Part shown: piece after piece, positions 1 to 10,979 of the stretch
Layout: each line of letters starts with the position of its first letter
Position numbering within the stretch: position 1 is the first letter of the stretch
Position numbers and translations under genes: made by a program
Notes under the pieces: model-generated
Told to the model about the DNA's origin: nothing
The model's database searches: none
The model's input: the letters and a program-made list of their open reading frames with translations, nothing else
DNA from: Thermodesulfobacteriota bacterium
GTDB taxonomy: Bacteria; Desulfobacterota_D; UBA1144; Nemesobacterales; Mycalebacteriaceae
Assembly: GCA_965205855.1 (NCBI GenBank)
Contig: OZ242184.1
Location: 160,001-224,000, forward strand
DNA: 64,000 nt
Direction: 5' to 3'

Positions 1-1
1 T

Positions 2-856
2 TTTGTTGGCGATGGCATTGAGCGCGATTTGCTTTCCGTTGAAGCTGCGGGCGGGGGAAATGTTGAGATACGCAAAGCGCACAAAGAGGGAGCGCGGATT
101 GCCGCAGGGGGTTTTGTTCCCGATGTGGTTTTGCTTAACAACGATTTTTCTGACGATTGCCCGTCCATTCTCCGCGACCTAATGCAACCCGTTCTGCCTC
201 CCGTGGAAATCGGCTGGCATTCACGCAGAAAAGATGTTCATTTTGAGTTCTACAATTCTCTCGCGGCGGAAGCCGCAGCCATCTGCGGAATTGACCCCAG
301 TGTGATTTCCGTTAAAACGCGCCTGCTTGAAGATGTGGATTTTGACGAGTCACAAGGTAGGGAAATGGTTGCTTGCGCGGCGGAGGAAATGATTGAAGAG
401 ATAAGCGAAAACGGGGGCGCAGACCCGTTTGTTTTTGTGAAAAGCAACAACGGCACTTACGGAATGGCCGTTCTTCCGGTTTCAAGCGGTGATGCGGTGA
501 GAAATATGAACGCGACCAACAGAAAAAAAATGCGCGCGGGTAAGTCAAACAAACCTTCCGGACGTTTGGTAGTTCAGGAAGGCGTCCCGACCGCTTTGGA
601 AACAACAGACGGAATGCCCGCCGAGCCGGTTCTCTATATGGTGGAAACCGAAGTGGCGGGGGCTTTCTACAGAGCCAATTCAAAAAAAGGCAAAACCCAA
701 AATCTCAACTCATCGGGAATGGAATTCCGTCTTTTTCCCGATTCCGTGAAAGATTTTAATGAAATCCCCGAACTGTTTTCCCTGTGCGCGACCGTTGCGG
801 TTCTCGCCGCCGGATATGAGATAGAGAAAGTTATGCTTGAAGGCGGATGCGGGTGA
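2..856 (+). CDS. gshA: Glutamate--cysteine ligase, GshA (beta/gammaproteobacterial-type family), 5'-partial
   Basis: Frame is open from the window start. Motifs FVFVKSNNGTYGMAV, VVQEGVPT, AEPVLYM and GAFYR..NLNSSGMEF match this GshA family. Confidence 0.85.
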   Translation, partial: FVGDGIERDLLSVEAAGGGNVEIRKAHKEGARIAAGGFVPDVVLLNNDFSDDCPSILRDLMQPVLPPVEIGWHSRRKDVHFEFYNSLAAEAAAICGIDPSVISVKTRLLEDVDFDESQGREMVACAAEEMIEEISENGGADPFVFVKSNNGTYGMAVLPVSSGDAVRNMNATNRKKMRAGKSNKPSGRLVVQEGVPTALETTDGMPAEPVLYMVETEVAGAFYRANSKKGKTQNLNSSGMEFRLFPDSVKDFNEIPELFSLCATVAVLAAGYEIEKVMLEGGCG

Positions 857-953
857 GGGGTTTTCTATTTTCCAAAGATGTTTCTTAACGTTGTCAAGAA
901 CGATTATGCTGTTTATATGGAAAATGGCTGATTTTTGGAGAGAACCGAGAACC

Positions 954-1486
954 ATGAAGAAGAAAATAAATCCTTGGATAGAGATGAGTGTTGAGTATGC
1001 AAATCAACGTAATTATCTGGATGATTTATTCGCTGTTTATCCGAACAATACCGGACGGTATTAGTCAAATAGACAAAAAAGTTTGGGGCTATGTGGAAAA
1101 ATCGTTTAAAAGTGGGATAGCGTTCCACTTCTCGAAAATCCGTTAAAACTTGATTTGTTTCCGATAAAAGATTTTTATGTCGTATATTTCAAAAGAGGCA
1201 AAAAACTCTAAAACGCACCCCCGCTACTGCTGATAGGCTTACAGGCCGTTTGTACGGCATGGGGTTGACAGATATATCCGCTTTTCGAATGTTGGCTTAA
1301 TAAAAAAACACTTGCTATACAACCACTAAAACTGGACAAATTTTTGCAAGCAAAAGGAAATGCTGTTTGGATGCAAGCGATGATGAGATGAAGAAATTTG
1401 CCCACAAAAACCTGAATTACAAGCATAGCAAAGGGCTTGATTTCATTGGGTGTTTTAACGGTAAGTATGTTATTGGAGAGGCAAGG
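954..1486 (+). pseudogene. Degraded Tsp45I-family type II restriction endonuclease
   Basis: AT-rich. Fragments in shifting frames: WIEMSVEYANQRNYLDDLFAVYP, LDLFPIKDFYVVYFKR, RLTGRLYGMGL, LDASDDEMKKFA, KGLDFIGCFNGKYVIGEA. Frameshifts, stops and apparent deletions. Confidence 0.7.
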
Positions 1487-1706
1487 GCAAGCGTTTTGAT
1501 TCCAAGAGTCTTATAAAAATGGTGTTAAGTGGGCATTGGAACGTAAGCCGGAAGAATATGAGATAATTAATGCTCGAACGTCTATCTGACTTATACGTGT
1601 ATGGAATAAGAAAAGGACTTTTTCCCTATGTGTTTTCTATAAAGCGTGTGTCTGTATAAAGCGAATGTGATTTTACGCGAATGGTTGATGTAATTGACCA
1701 CTTCCC

Positions 1707-3425
1707 TCACCCCTCCGATACCGCTTTGTTGTATGCGTTAATAACATCCCTTCTGGACAGGATTCCCACAAGTTTTCTCGACCCTTTGCTTTCCACGACG
1801 GGAAGAATTTCGGCGGGTTTCTCTCCGAGGGTTTTTACCACATCGTAAAGATTTTCATCCGGAGAGACGGTTGTCACATTTAGAGTCGCAAGCTCCTTGA
1901 CCAGTATGAGGTCTTTCAGGTCTTCGCGGAAAAGCCATTGACGGAAATCCTGTATTGAAACTATGCCGGAGAGAAGTCCTTGAGAGTCCACAACAGGAAA
2001 AGTTGTGAATTTGCTTTGCGGCACATACTCAATGAGTTTCCTCAGTTTTGTGTTTTCATCAATCGTTTCAATGTTTGTTCTCATAACATCCCTTACGCGC
2101 AGGGAATGTAGGTTTTCGTTCTCCATGCCGCCGATTTCAACGCCCTGTTTGTGCAGCAGTATCCCGTCAATGGAGCTGCCAATGAAGGTGCGGGCGAGAA
2201 TCCAGCTTGTAACAGTACATGCCATCGCGGGAACTATTATGTGATAGCTGTGAGTTATCTCCAATATCATGAATATGGAAGTCAGAGGGGCGTGCGTGAT
2301 TGCCGCAAGAAACGCCCCCATTCCGAGAGTGGCGCAGCCCGCGACAACATTGGCGGGAACGGACGGGACAAATGATGACACAACCCTTACAAAGGCCTCG
2401 CCGGTTGTCGCTCCCATCAGTATTGCCGGCGCGAAAAGACCGCCGGGCCAGCCAGAGCCGACAGTTATTGAAGTTGCCACAGGTTTGAGCAGGATGATGG
2501 TCGCAAGCACGATAAGCGGAGTTTTTCCCTCAAGTACTTCCTGCACATTCTCATATCCGTTGCCGAGAATGTCCTTTGAGAATATCCCCACAACTCCGAG
2601 AGCAATCGCGCCCGCAAGCAGTCTTATGTTTTTGTTTTTCAACTTTGAAAACAGATCTTCGGTCGCGGAAAACATCTTTATAAACCCTATTGCGAGGCAT
2701 CCCGTCACTATTCCAAGCGGCACATAGTAGAACGCGAGGTCGCTCACATGGGAGCCATCCATTGAGAAAGCGGGCGGTTCAAAAAGAGGCAAATCGCCCC
2801 TGAGCAGATAAGAAACCGCAGTTGCGGTCGCGGACGATATGACTATTGGTATGAGTCTTGTGGATCTCATGTTTCTCAGTAGCACGATTTCTTCTGAGAA
2901 CATCACTCCCGTAATCGGGGCGTTGAAGGTTGCCGCGATTGCCGCGGCGGTTCCGCACGCTATGAAGGTGCGTATGTTTGATTTGGAAAGATTGAGCCTC
3001 TCTCCGGTTATGCTTCCAATCGCTCCCCCGATTTGAGCTATCGGTCCTTCCTGCCCCGCCGAACCGCCGAAACCCAGAGTTACAATCGCCGCCATACCGC
3101 GCACGGCCGCTTCGCGTCCTTTTATTATCACGCTCCCAAGGTTGATTTTCTCAATGAACTTCGGAAATCCGAACCCGAGCAAATCGGACGGGGCAAACGG
3201 GATTTTTGAAATGGCCATGAGCAAACCCGCTCCGAGCAGAAGAGGCGCGAATATTCCCAGGTTTCCGTGCTCAAACGGCTTGACCGCAAATCCGTATATG
3301 TTTTCGTAAAATGTTACGAACAGATAGTTCGCTGTTGCCACGATGATTCCGATTAAAATCGCGCAGATAACAAAGACGGTCTGCTCCCTTGAAATAACAG
3401 ACGATTTTTTTTTCGTTGTCGGCAT
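1707..3425 (-). CDS. CLC-family chloride channel/transporter with C-terminal tandem CBS domains
   Basis: GGSAGQEGP, AATFNAPITG and GGLFAP motifs, many TM helices and a CBS pair. Start moved to the ATG at 3425. Confidence 0.9.
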   Translation of the reverse strand: MPTTKKKSSVISREQTVFVICAILIGIIVATANYLFVTFYENIYGFAVKPFEHGNLGIFAPLLLGAGLLMAISKIPFAPSDLLGFGFPKFIEKINLGSVIIKGREAAVRGMAAIVTLGFGGSAGQEGPIAQIGGAIGSITGERLNLSKSNIRTFIACGTAAAIAATFNAPITGVMFSEEIVLLRNMRSTRLIPIVISSATATAVSYLLRGDLPLFEPPAFSMDGSHVSDLAFYYVPLGIVTGCLAIGFIKMFSATEDLFSKLKNKNIRLLAGAIALGVVGIFSKDILGNGYENVQEVLEGKTPLIVLATIILLKPVATSITVGSGWPGGLFAPAILMGATTGEAFVRVVSSFVPSVPANVVAGCATLGMGAFLAAITHAPLTSIFMILEITHSYHIIVPAMACTVTSWILARTFIGSSIDGILLHKQGVEIGGMENENLHSLRVRDVMRTNIETIDENTKLRKLIEYVPQSKFTTFPVVDSQGLLSGIVSIQDFRQWLFREDLKDLILVKELATLNVTTVSPDENLYDVVKTLGEKPAEILPVVESKGSRKLVGILSRRDVINAYNKAVSEG

Positions 3426-3502
3426 ACGGTGGTTTGACAGCGGTTTGACTTGATGTACAGTTTGTCCCGAACTTTTCCTTATTGCAATCTGGAAGCAATA
3501 CC

Positions 3503-4801
3503 ATGATACAACCACAGGAGTCGTCGCACATACAGGAAGCTCTGGGGGTGATGCCGGAATTGTCCGTGGGCGGCTTTCTGCTGATTTTATCCCTTGTGCT
3601 GATTGTATCCAAGTTTTTCGGGGAAATAGCGGAGCGTTTCAAACAGTCCTCCGTGCTTGGCGAGCTTGTGGCGGGAGTGGTTCTGGGCGGTGGCGCTCTG
3701 GCGGTTATGCCATCCTCGCCGTTGCATGTGGGTTACCACACTTTTCATATCATATCCGAACTCGCCGTTGTGGTGCTTCTTTTTGAGATAGGGATTGAGA
3801 CGAGACTTAAAGAGATTCTCAAAGTGGGCCCCGTGTCTCTTCTTGTGGCAATTGTGGGGATTGTCTTTCCTTTTTTTCTCGGATTCCTTGCGGTTTACGC
3901 GCTGTACTCTTACGGGATGATGGGCATTGATGAGTCCACGGTTTTTATCGTAGCGGTAACCGCCGGAGCGACTTTGACGGCTACGAGCGTGGGAATAACG
4001 GCAAGGGTGCTTTCCGATATCAAACAGCTCGGCTCGCCCGAATCAAAGATAATAATCGGAGCGGCGGTGATAGATGATGTGGTCGGCCTTGTGATATTGA
4101 GTCTTATCAGCACCCTCATAGAGCAATACAACACCGGCACGGGCGCGGGTGTTTCGTTTGCTCAGGTGGCGCTTGTCGCCGGAAAGGCGTTCGGTTTTCT
4201 ACTGGTTGCAATCGCTCTTGGAAATCTGCTGATTGTCAAGGTTTTCTCCCTTGTCGGCCGTTTGAAAAGCAGGGGTTCGCTTCTTGTCTGCTCGCTCGCC
4301 ATCGCATTTCTCTATGCTTACGCGGGGAAACATTTTGCCGATGTCGCCCCGATAGTGGGCGCTTTCGCGGCCGGTCTCGTAATCAGAAAGGCTCCGCAGT
4401 ACAAGGATATTGAGAACAGCGTCAGAAATGTTTCGGATTTTCTTGTGCCGGTGTTTTTTGTCGCGGTCGGGGCTCAAATTGACCCGGGCGTTCTCCATCC
4501 TTTCAAAGAGGGAAACTCCGAGGTGCTACTGGTCGCGTTCGCGCTGTTTTTGGTAGCGTTTATAGGCAAGTATGCCAGCGCTTTTGCGGTTTTCGGCTCC
4601 GGCATAAGAAGACATATTGTGGGCATAGGAATGGTGCCGCGCGGAGAGGTAGGATTGATTTTTGCCCAGATAGGCTACAACAACGGAAACGGAGTTTTCA
4701 GCGCCAAGTTCTTCTCGGCTATTGTGCTTACGGTTATGCTTACCACATTCGTGGTTCCTCCGTTGCTCCAAAGGGGGTATGAAACTCCGGAAAAAACATG
4801 A
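3503..4801 (+). CDS. Cation:proton antiporter (CPA2, NapA/KefB-like)
   Basis: ATSVGIT, GAAVIDD, GAFAAG and GMVPRGEVGLI motifs. Start uncertain (3503 or 3551). Confidence 0.9.
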   Translation: MIQPQESSHIQEALGVMPELSVGGFLLILSLVLIVSKFFGEIAERFKQSSVLGELVAGVVLGGGALAVMPSSPLHVGYHTFHIISELAVVVLLFEIGIETRLKEILKVGPVSLLVAIVGIVFPFFLGFLAVYALYSYGMMGIDESTVFIVAVTAGATLTATSVGITARVLSDIKQLGSPESKIIIGAAVIDDVVGLVILSLISTLIEQYNTGTGAGVSFAQVALVAGKAFGFLLVAIALGNLLIVKVFSLVGRLKSRGSLLVCSLAIAFLYAYAGKHFADVAPIVGAFAAGLVIRKAPQYKDIENSVRNVSDFLVPVFFVAVGAQIDPGVLHPFKEGNSEVLLVAFALFLVAFIGKYASAFAVFGSGIRRHIVGIGMVPRGEVGLIFAQIGYNNGNGVFSAKFFSAIVLTVMLTTFVVPPLLQRGYETPEKT

Positions 4802-4832
4802 GGTTTCCGGTATTTCCGTAAAGAGAACTGAT

Positions 4833-5336
4833 ATGAGACGCTTTTTTGAAACGGCTTTTGTTATTTTCGCCCTCGGCACGGAGAGGGCTTTCGCCGCGGG
4901 CGATTTGATAACGGCGGACAAAACTCTGTTTGTGCAGTTTGCTATTTTTCTCGTCGCCCTCTATCTGCTTAACAATCTGTTTTTCAAGCCGCTTATGGAC
5001 CTTGCCGACAGAAGAGAGAGCGCGACTTCGGGTTCGGTAAAAGATGCGCAGGAGCTTGTTGAAAAGGCGCGGAAAATGACCGCTCAATACGATGAGGCGC
5101 TGAAAGAGGCAAGAGAGCAAGCGCTTTCCGAAAGGGCGCGGTTGACAAAGTCCGCCCTGGCCGAAGCGGAGGAAATTGTTTCTTCGGCAAGAGATGAGGC
5201 GCGCCGGTTGTTTGAGGAGCGCGCGGGTGAGACTTTGGCTCAGGTTGAAAAAGCAAAGGATGGGATGAAGTCGGAAATAGAGGATATCGCGGGGATGCTA
5301 ACCCGCAAGATAAAGACGGGTTCCGGGGATGTTTGA
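4833..5336 (+). CDS. atpF: ATP synthase F0 subunit b'
   Basis: One TM segment (TLFVQFAIFLVALYLLNNLFFKPL) followed by a charged coiled coil. First of two b-type genes before atpH. Confidence 0.85.
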   Translation: MRRFFETAFVIFALGTERAFAAGDLITADKTLFVQFAIFLVALYLLNNLFFKPLMDLADRRESATSGSVKDAQELVEKARKMTAQYDEALKEAREQALSERARLTKSALAEAEEIVSSARDEARRLFEERAGETLAQVEKAKDGMKSEIEDIAGMLTRKIKTGSGDV

Positions 5337-5871
5337 GATAAACCTGTTTGCAGCCGCCGGTGAAGCGGCGGGTGGCGCGGTTTTTGACTGGCCGTATGTT
5401 GGCAAACATGCCATAAACCTTTTTGTGCTTTTGGTGGCGCTTTTCTATGTACTCAAAAAGCCCGTTTCGGAGTTTTTGAAAGCCCGCAGGCGCGGGATGT
5501 CCGAGAAATTTGAGGAGTCTGGCAGACAACTCAATGAAGCGAAAAAACTTTTTGAAGAGTGTTCGGCAAAATTTGCCGGCGTCAAATCCGAGATAGAATC
5601 CATGAAATCCTCAATCGCAGAGCAGGCCGAAACGGAAAGGCACAACATACTGCGCCGGGCGGGGGAGGAAAAGGAAGCGATACTGAGAGGTGTCGCGGAG
5701 GGAGTTGAATTTGAATTGGCAAAGGCGAGAGCGGCGATTATAGAAGAGGCGGTTTCCGCCGCGATGAGGATTGCGGAAAGGAACTTGAGGGACTACGCCG
5801 AAAATGAGCATTCCGCTTCGGTCGGATCTTTTGAGTCTCTAGTTGGGGAGGGCAAATGGCCTCGGTTGTAA
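5329..5871 (+). CDS. atpF: ATP synthase F0 subunit b
   Basis: INLFVLLVALFYVLKKPV..FL..RR pattern, coiled coil, operon position. Confidence 0.88.
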   Translation: MFEINLFAAAGEAAGGAVFDWPYVGKHAINLFVLLVALFYVLKKPVSEFLKARRRGMSEKFEESGRQLNEAKKLFEECSAKFAGVKSEIESMKSSIAEQAETERHNILRRAGEEKEAILRGVAEGVEFELAKARAAIIEEAVSAAMRIAERNLRDYAENEHSASVGSFESLVGEGKWPRL

Positions 5872-6404
5872 AACTGAAGGATTTGATTGACGCGCTTGTC
5901 TCCGCTTGTGAAAAATCCGGAGATGGCTCTCTTAACTTGTGTGTGTCGGGACTTGAGAATTTTTTCACCGATATTGAAGATTCAGATATTCTCAAAAAAG
6001 CCCTTGAGAGTCCGGTAATCGCGACGGCGGAGAAGACGGCGATTGTTGAAGATTTGTGCCGCCTGCACGGGTTTTCCGATGTTTTGCGCAATTTTCTTGT
6101 GGCGGTTGCCGGGTTTGATAAACTGAAACCTCTGTCAATCCGCCGCCGTGCCGTTCTTGAGAGGCTCCGCTCCGCCGGCGGAACGGTAAAGGTTACGGTT
6201 ACGGTTGCGCGTTCTTTGGAAGAGGACAAAGAAAGACGCATACGGGACGCAGTGTCAAGTATTGCCGGAATGGAAAAGCAGAGAGTTGAGTTCGCCGAGG
6301 ATTCAGAGATAATAGGCGGAATTATTGTAAGGATTGGCAACAACATTTACGACGACAGCCTTAAAACCCATTTGGAAAGGATGCGCTCCGCGCTTTTAAA
6401 GTAG
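5856..6404 (+). CDS. atpH: ATP synthase F1 subunit delta
   Basis: C-terminal DSEIIGGIIVRIGNNIYDDSLK motif and position before atpA. The N-terminus is divergent. Confidence 0.88.
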   Translation: MASVVKLKDLIDALVSACEKSGDGSLNLCVSGLENFFTDIEDSDILKKALESPVIATAEKTAIVEDLCRLHGFSDVLRNFLVAVAGFDKLKPLSIRRRAVLERLRSAGGTVKVTVTVARSLEEDKERRIRDAVSSIAGMEKQRVEFAEDSEIIGGIIVRIGNNIYDDSLKTHLERMRSALLK

Positions 6405-6449
6405 GCACAGCGCACTCGGTATACAAAACAAACAAGGAGAGAAAAAATA

Positions 6450-7979
6450 ATGCAAGATCAGGTCAAAGCGGATGACATAGGCGCGATACTCAGAAAAAGG
6501 ATAAGCGACTATGAGCGCAATTTTGAAACCTCCGAGGTGGGAACCGTTATCTCGGTCGGAGACGGTATTGCCAGAATTTACGGGCTTGACAACGCGGTGG
6601 CGGGCGAAATCGTGGAGTTTTCGGTCGGAGTTAAGGGGCTTGTCCTGAATCTTGAGGAAGACAATGTCGGCGTCGCGCTTTTTGGAGAGGAGAAAGAGGT
6701 CAATCAGGGAGATGTTGTAAAACGCACGGGTAACATCGCTCAAATTCCCGTCGGAGACGCCATGCTTGGAAGAGTAGTGAACTCTCTCGGAGTTCCCGTG
6801 GACGGCAAGGGCGATATTCAAACTTCCGATATGAGAAGCCTTGAAATAAAAGCCCCCGGAGTAGTTTTCAGGAAATCCGTGAATGAGCCGCTTCAGACCG
6901 GCATCAAAGCCATCGACTCAATGATACCGATAGGAAGGGGACAAAGAGAGCTTATACTTGGCGACAGACAGACGGGAAAAACGGCAATTGCCATTGACAC
7001 AATACTCAACCAGAAAGGCGGCGATGTTTGTTGCATATACGTTGCGATAGGGCAGAAAAAATCCAATGTCGCTCAGGTTGTGGACAAACTCAGAGAGCAT
7101 GACGCGATGGAATACACGACTGTTGTTACGGCTTCGGCAAGTGAGCAGGCGCCTTTTCAGTTCATTGCCCCTTACGCCGGATGCACTCTGGGAGAGTATT
7201 TCAGGGACAGCGGCAAGCACGCGCTTGTTATTTACGACGACCTTACCAAGCATGCGTGGGCATACAGGCAGCTTTCCCTTTTGCTTAAGCGCCCCCCGGG
7301 ACGTGAGGCGTATCCGGGAGACGTTTTCTATCTCCACTCGCGGCTTCTTGAGCGGGCGGCAAAAATGAGGGATGAGGACGGCGGCGGTTCGTTGACGGCG
7401 CTTCCCATAATTGAGACCCAGGACGGTGATGTCTCCGCATACATACCGACAAACGTGATATCCATAACGGACGGTCAGATATACCTTGAAAGCGACCTTT
7501 TCTATTCGGGTGTCAGGCCCGCCATTAATGTGGGGCTTTCCGTTTCAAGGGTTGGAGGGTCCGCGCAAATCAAGGCGATGAAAAAAGTCGCCGGAACTTT
7601 GCGTCTTGATCTTGCCCAGTACCGCGAGGTTGAAGCGTTTTCACAGTTCGCCTCGGACCTTGACAAAATCACCCAGGACCAGCTTGCCAGAGGTGTCCGG
7701 CTTGTAGAGGTTTTGAAACAAGACCAGTTCGTTCCCCTTTCCGTGGAGAAACAGGTGATTTCCGTATTTGCCGTCACACGCGGATATCTCGATGATTATC
7801 CGCTTTCTTCGGTGCGCTTGTATGAAAAAGAGCTTTTTGATTTCTTTGAATCCAGACATAAGGGGATTCTTGACGAGATAAGAGACAAGAAAGAAATATC
7901 AAAAGAGCTTGAGCCGCGAGTTGAGTCCGCGCTTGAAGAGTTGAAAACGCAAACCGCCGGACTTGCGCAGTCCGACTGA
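6450..7979 (+). CDS. atpA: ATP synthase F1 subunit alpha
   Basis: GDRQTGKT P-loop and [21 protein letters not shown]. Confidence 0.99.
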   Translation: MQDQVKADDIGAILRKRISDYERNFETSEVGTVISVGDGIARIYGLDNAVAGEIVEFSVGVKGLVLNLEEDNVGVALFGEEKEVNQGDVVKRTGNIAQIPVGDAMLGRVVNSLGVPVDGKGDIQTSDMRSLEIKAPGVVFRKSVNEPLQTGIKAIDSMIPIGRGQRELILGDRQTGKTAIAIDTILNQKGGDVCCIYVAIGQKKSNVAQVVDKLREHDAMEYTTVVTASASEQAPFQFIAPYAGCTLGEYFRDSGKHALVIYDDLTKHAWAYRQLSLLLKRPPGREAYPGDVFYLHSRLLERAAKMRDEDGGGSLTALPIIETQDGDVSAYIPTNVISITDGQIYLESDLFYSGVRPAINVGLSVSRVGGSAQIKAMKKVAGTLRLDLAQYREVEAFSQFASDLDKITQDQLARGVRLVEVLKQDQFVPLSVEKQVISVFAVTRGYLDDYPLSSVRLYEKELFDFFESRHKGILDEIRDKKEISKELEPRVESALEELKTQTAGLAQSD

Positions 7980-7991
7980 GCAGTTGTAGAA

Positions 7992-8867
7992 ATGCCGAGT
8001 CTTAAACAGATAAAAACAAAGATAGCAAGCACCAAAGGCACAAGGCGTATAATGAGCGCAATGAAGCTTATTGCGGCGGTGAAATTGCAAAGAACGCAGG
8101 CCCTTCTGAAATCGCACCGCGTTTATGTTGACGCGTATGAGAAAATCACCTCCGGAGTTTTGGGTACGTGCGAGCCGGACATGCATCCGCTTCTTTTCCG
8201 TCCTGAACGGAGAATAAAGGCACACATAGTATTTCTGACTTCGGACAGAGGTTTGTGCGGAAACTTTAACAGCTTTCTTATCAAGGAGCTTGACTCAATG
8301 CTCGGTGAACGCGCCTTTGACAAAGAGAATTTAAAAATGACTTTTCTCGGAAACAAGGGAAGGGACTTCTTTTCTCCGCGCGGTTTTGAACAAGGGTCCT
8401 ATTACACGGGCGTAAACGAAGAGAACTACGCGGAAATCGCGGGTGAGCTTTCGTCTCTGCTTTCAAAGGAGTTTTCGGAAAGACAGACCGATGAAGTGAT
8501 TGTGGTTCACAGCGGTTTTGTTTCCGCGCTTTCCAGAGAGACGGCTTTTGAGACCCTTTTCCCCGTTGAGATTAAAGACGGGCGTGAGAATGCCGGAGCC
8601 CCCGTCTTTGAGCCGTCTAAGGAGAAAATAGTGAACGATTTGATACCGGGCTATTTGAGGCTCAAGGTGGAAAAAGCGATTTTGGAATCTCTTACAAGCG
8701 AGCACGCGGCGCGCATGACCGCGATGGAAAACGCCACGAGTAACGCGGACGAACTTGTAAAAAAACTGACCTTGTTGTTTAACAAGACAAGGCAGACGAT
8801 AATAACAACCGAACTCATGGATATTGTGAACGGAACCGAGGCTCTAGGAAAAGGAGGAAATGATTAG
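7992..8867 (+). CDS. atpG: ATP synthase F1 subunit gamma
   Basis: SDRGLCGNFN, SEHAARMTAM and RQTIITTEL motifs. Confidence 0.98.
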   Translation: MPSLKQIKTKIASTKGTRRIMSAMKLIAAVKLQRTQALLKSHRVYVDAYEKITSGVLGTCEPDMHPLLFRPERRIKAHIVFLTSDRGLCGNFNSFLIKELDSMLGERAFDKENLKMTFLGNKGRDFFSPRGFEQGSYYTGVNEENYAEIAGELSSLLSKEFSERQTDEVIVVHSGFVSALSRETAFETLFPVEIKDGRENAGAPVFEPSKEKIVNDLIPGYLRLKVEKAILESLTSEHAARMTAMENATSNADELVKKLTLLFNKTRQTIITTELMDIVNGTEALGKGGND

Positions 8868-10271
<1,404 letters not shown>

Positions 10272-10304
10272 TGACAAGCGGCCGGAAACAGCGGGAAAGT
10301 TTCA

Positions 10305-10703
10305 TTGTCGACTGAAACCCTTACATTGAAGGTTATCACCCCTCTGGGGCTTGCTCTTGAGGAGCGGGTTGAAAATGTTGTCCTTAAGGGTGATTTGGGA
10401 GAGTTTGGAGTGCTTGCGGGACACGTGTCCATGGTCTCCACCGTGATCGCGGGCAGAATCAGATATGAGAACTCCGAAGGGGAGAAAACCTTTATCGTCC
10501 ACGGCGGCATAGCCGAAGTTCGGGACGATACGGTAACGGTTCTCACCAGGGCGCTGGAAAGTCCGGACGAGATTGATGTTAAAGAGTCTTCAAAAGAGGC
10601 GGAAGAATTACAACACAGAATTGAAAGCGGAGTCCTTACCCATGAAGAGCGCGACCGACTTTCGGAGCGTCTTCAGATTGCCCGCGCGCGGGCCGGGATT
10701 TAG
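10305..10703 (+). CDS. atpC: ATP synthase F1 subunit epsilon
   Basis: LKVITP..GEFGVLAGH..GGIAEV pattern, last gene of the atp operon. Confidence 0.95.
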   Translation: MSTETLTLKVITPLGLALEERVENVVLKGDLGEFGVLAGHVSMVSTVIAGRIRYENSEGEKTFIVHGGIAEVRDDTVTVLTRALESPDEIDVKESSKEAEELQHRIESGVLTHEERDRLSERLQIARARAGI

Positions 10704-10751
10704 AAGTCGGTATTTTATGGTTATTTTATAGAATGAAACAAGGCGGAAGAA

Positions 10752-10979
10752 ATGTTTAAATGTTTAAAAAGATACTCATTATTGTTTTTTTTCTCATTGC
10801 CGGGTTGCTTGGGTACCTGTATTTGGAAGACAGAGCAGCGGAAACAGCACAAAGAGCTAAATAGTACTGTGCAGTACAGAGTTTGGGCGGAAAAGGAGCG
10901 GGAAAAACGTTACGTTAACATGTTCGGTATTAAAAGGTGTTTGTCCGTTTTGTCTGTTGGATTATCATCCGCATTTTGA
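10752..10979 (+). other. Small AT-rich ORF, possible lipoprotein remnant
   Basis: Basic-hydrophobic N-terminus ending LPGC (lipobox-like). No recognisable family. Overlaps the 3' end of nrdJ. Confidence 0.2.
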
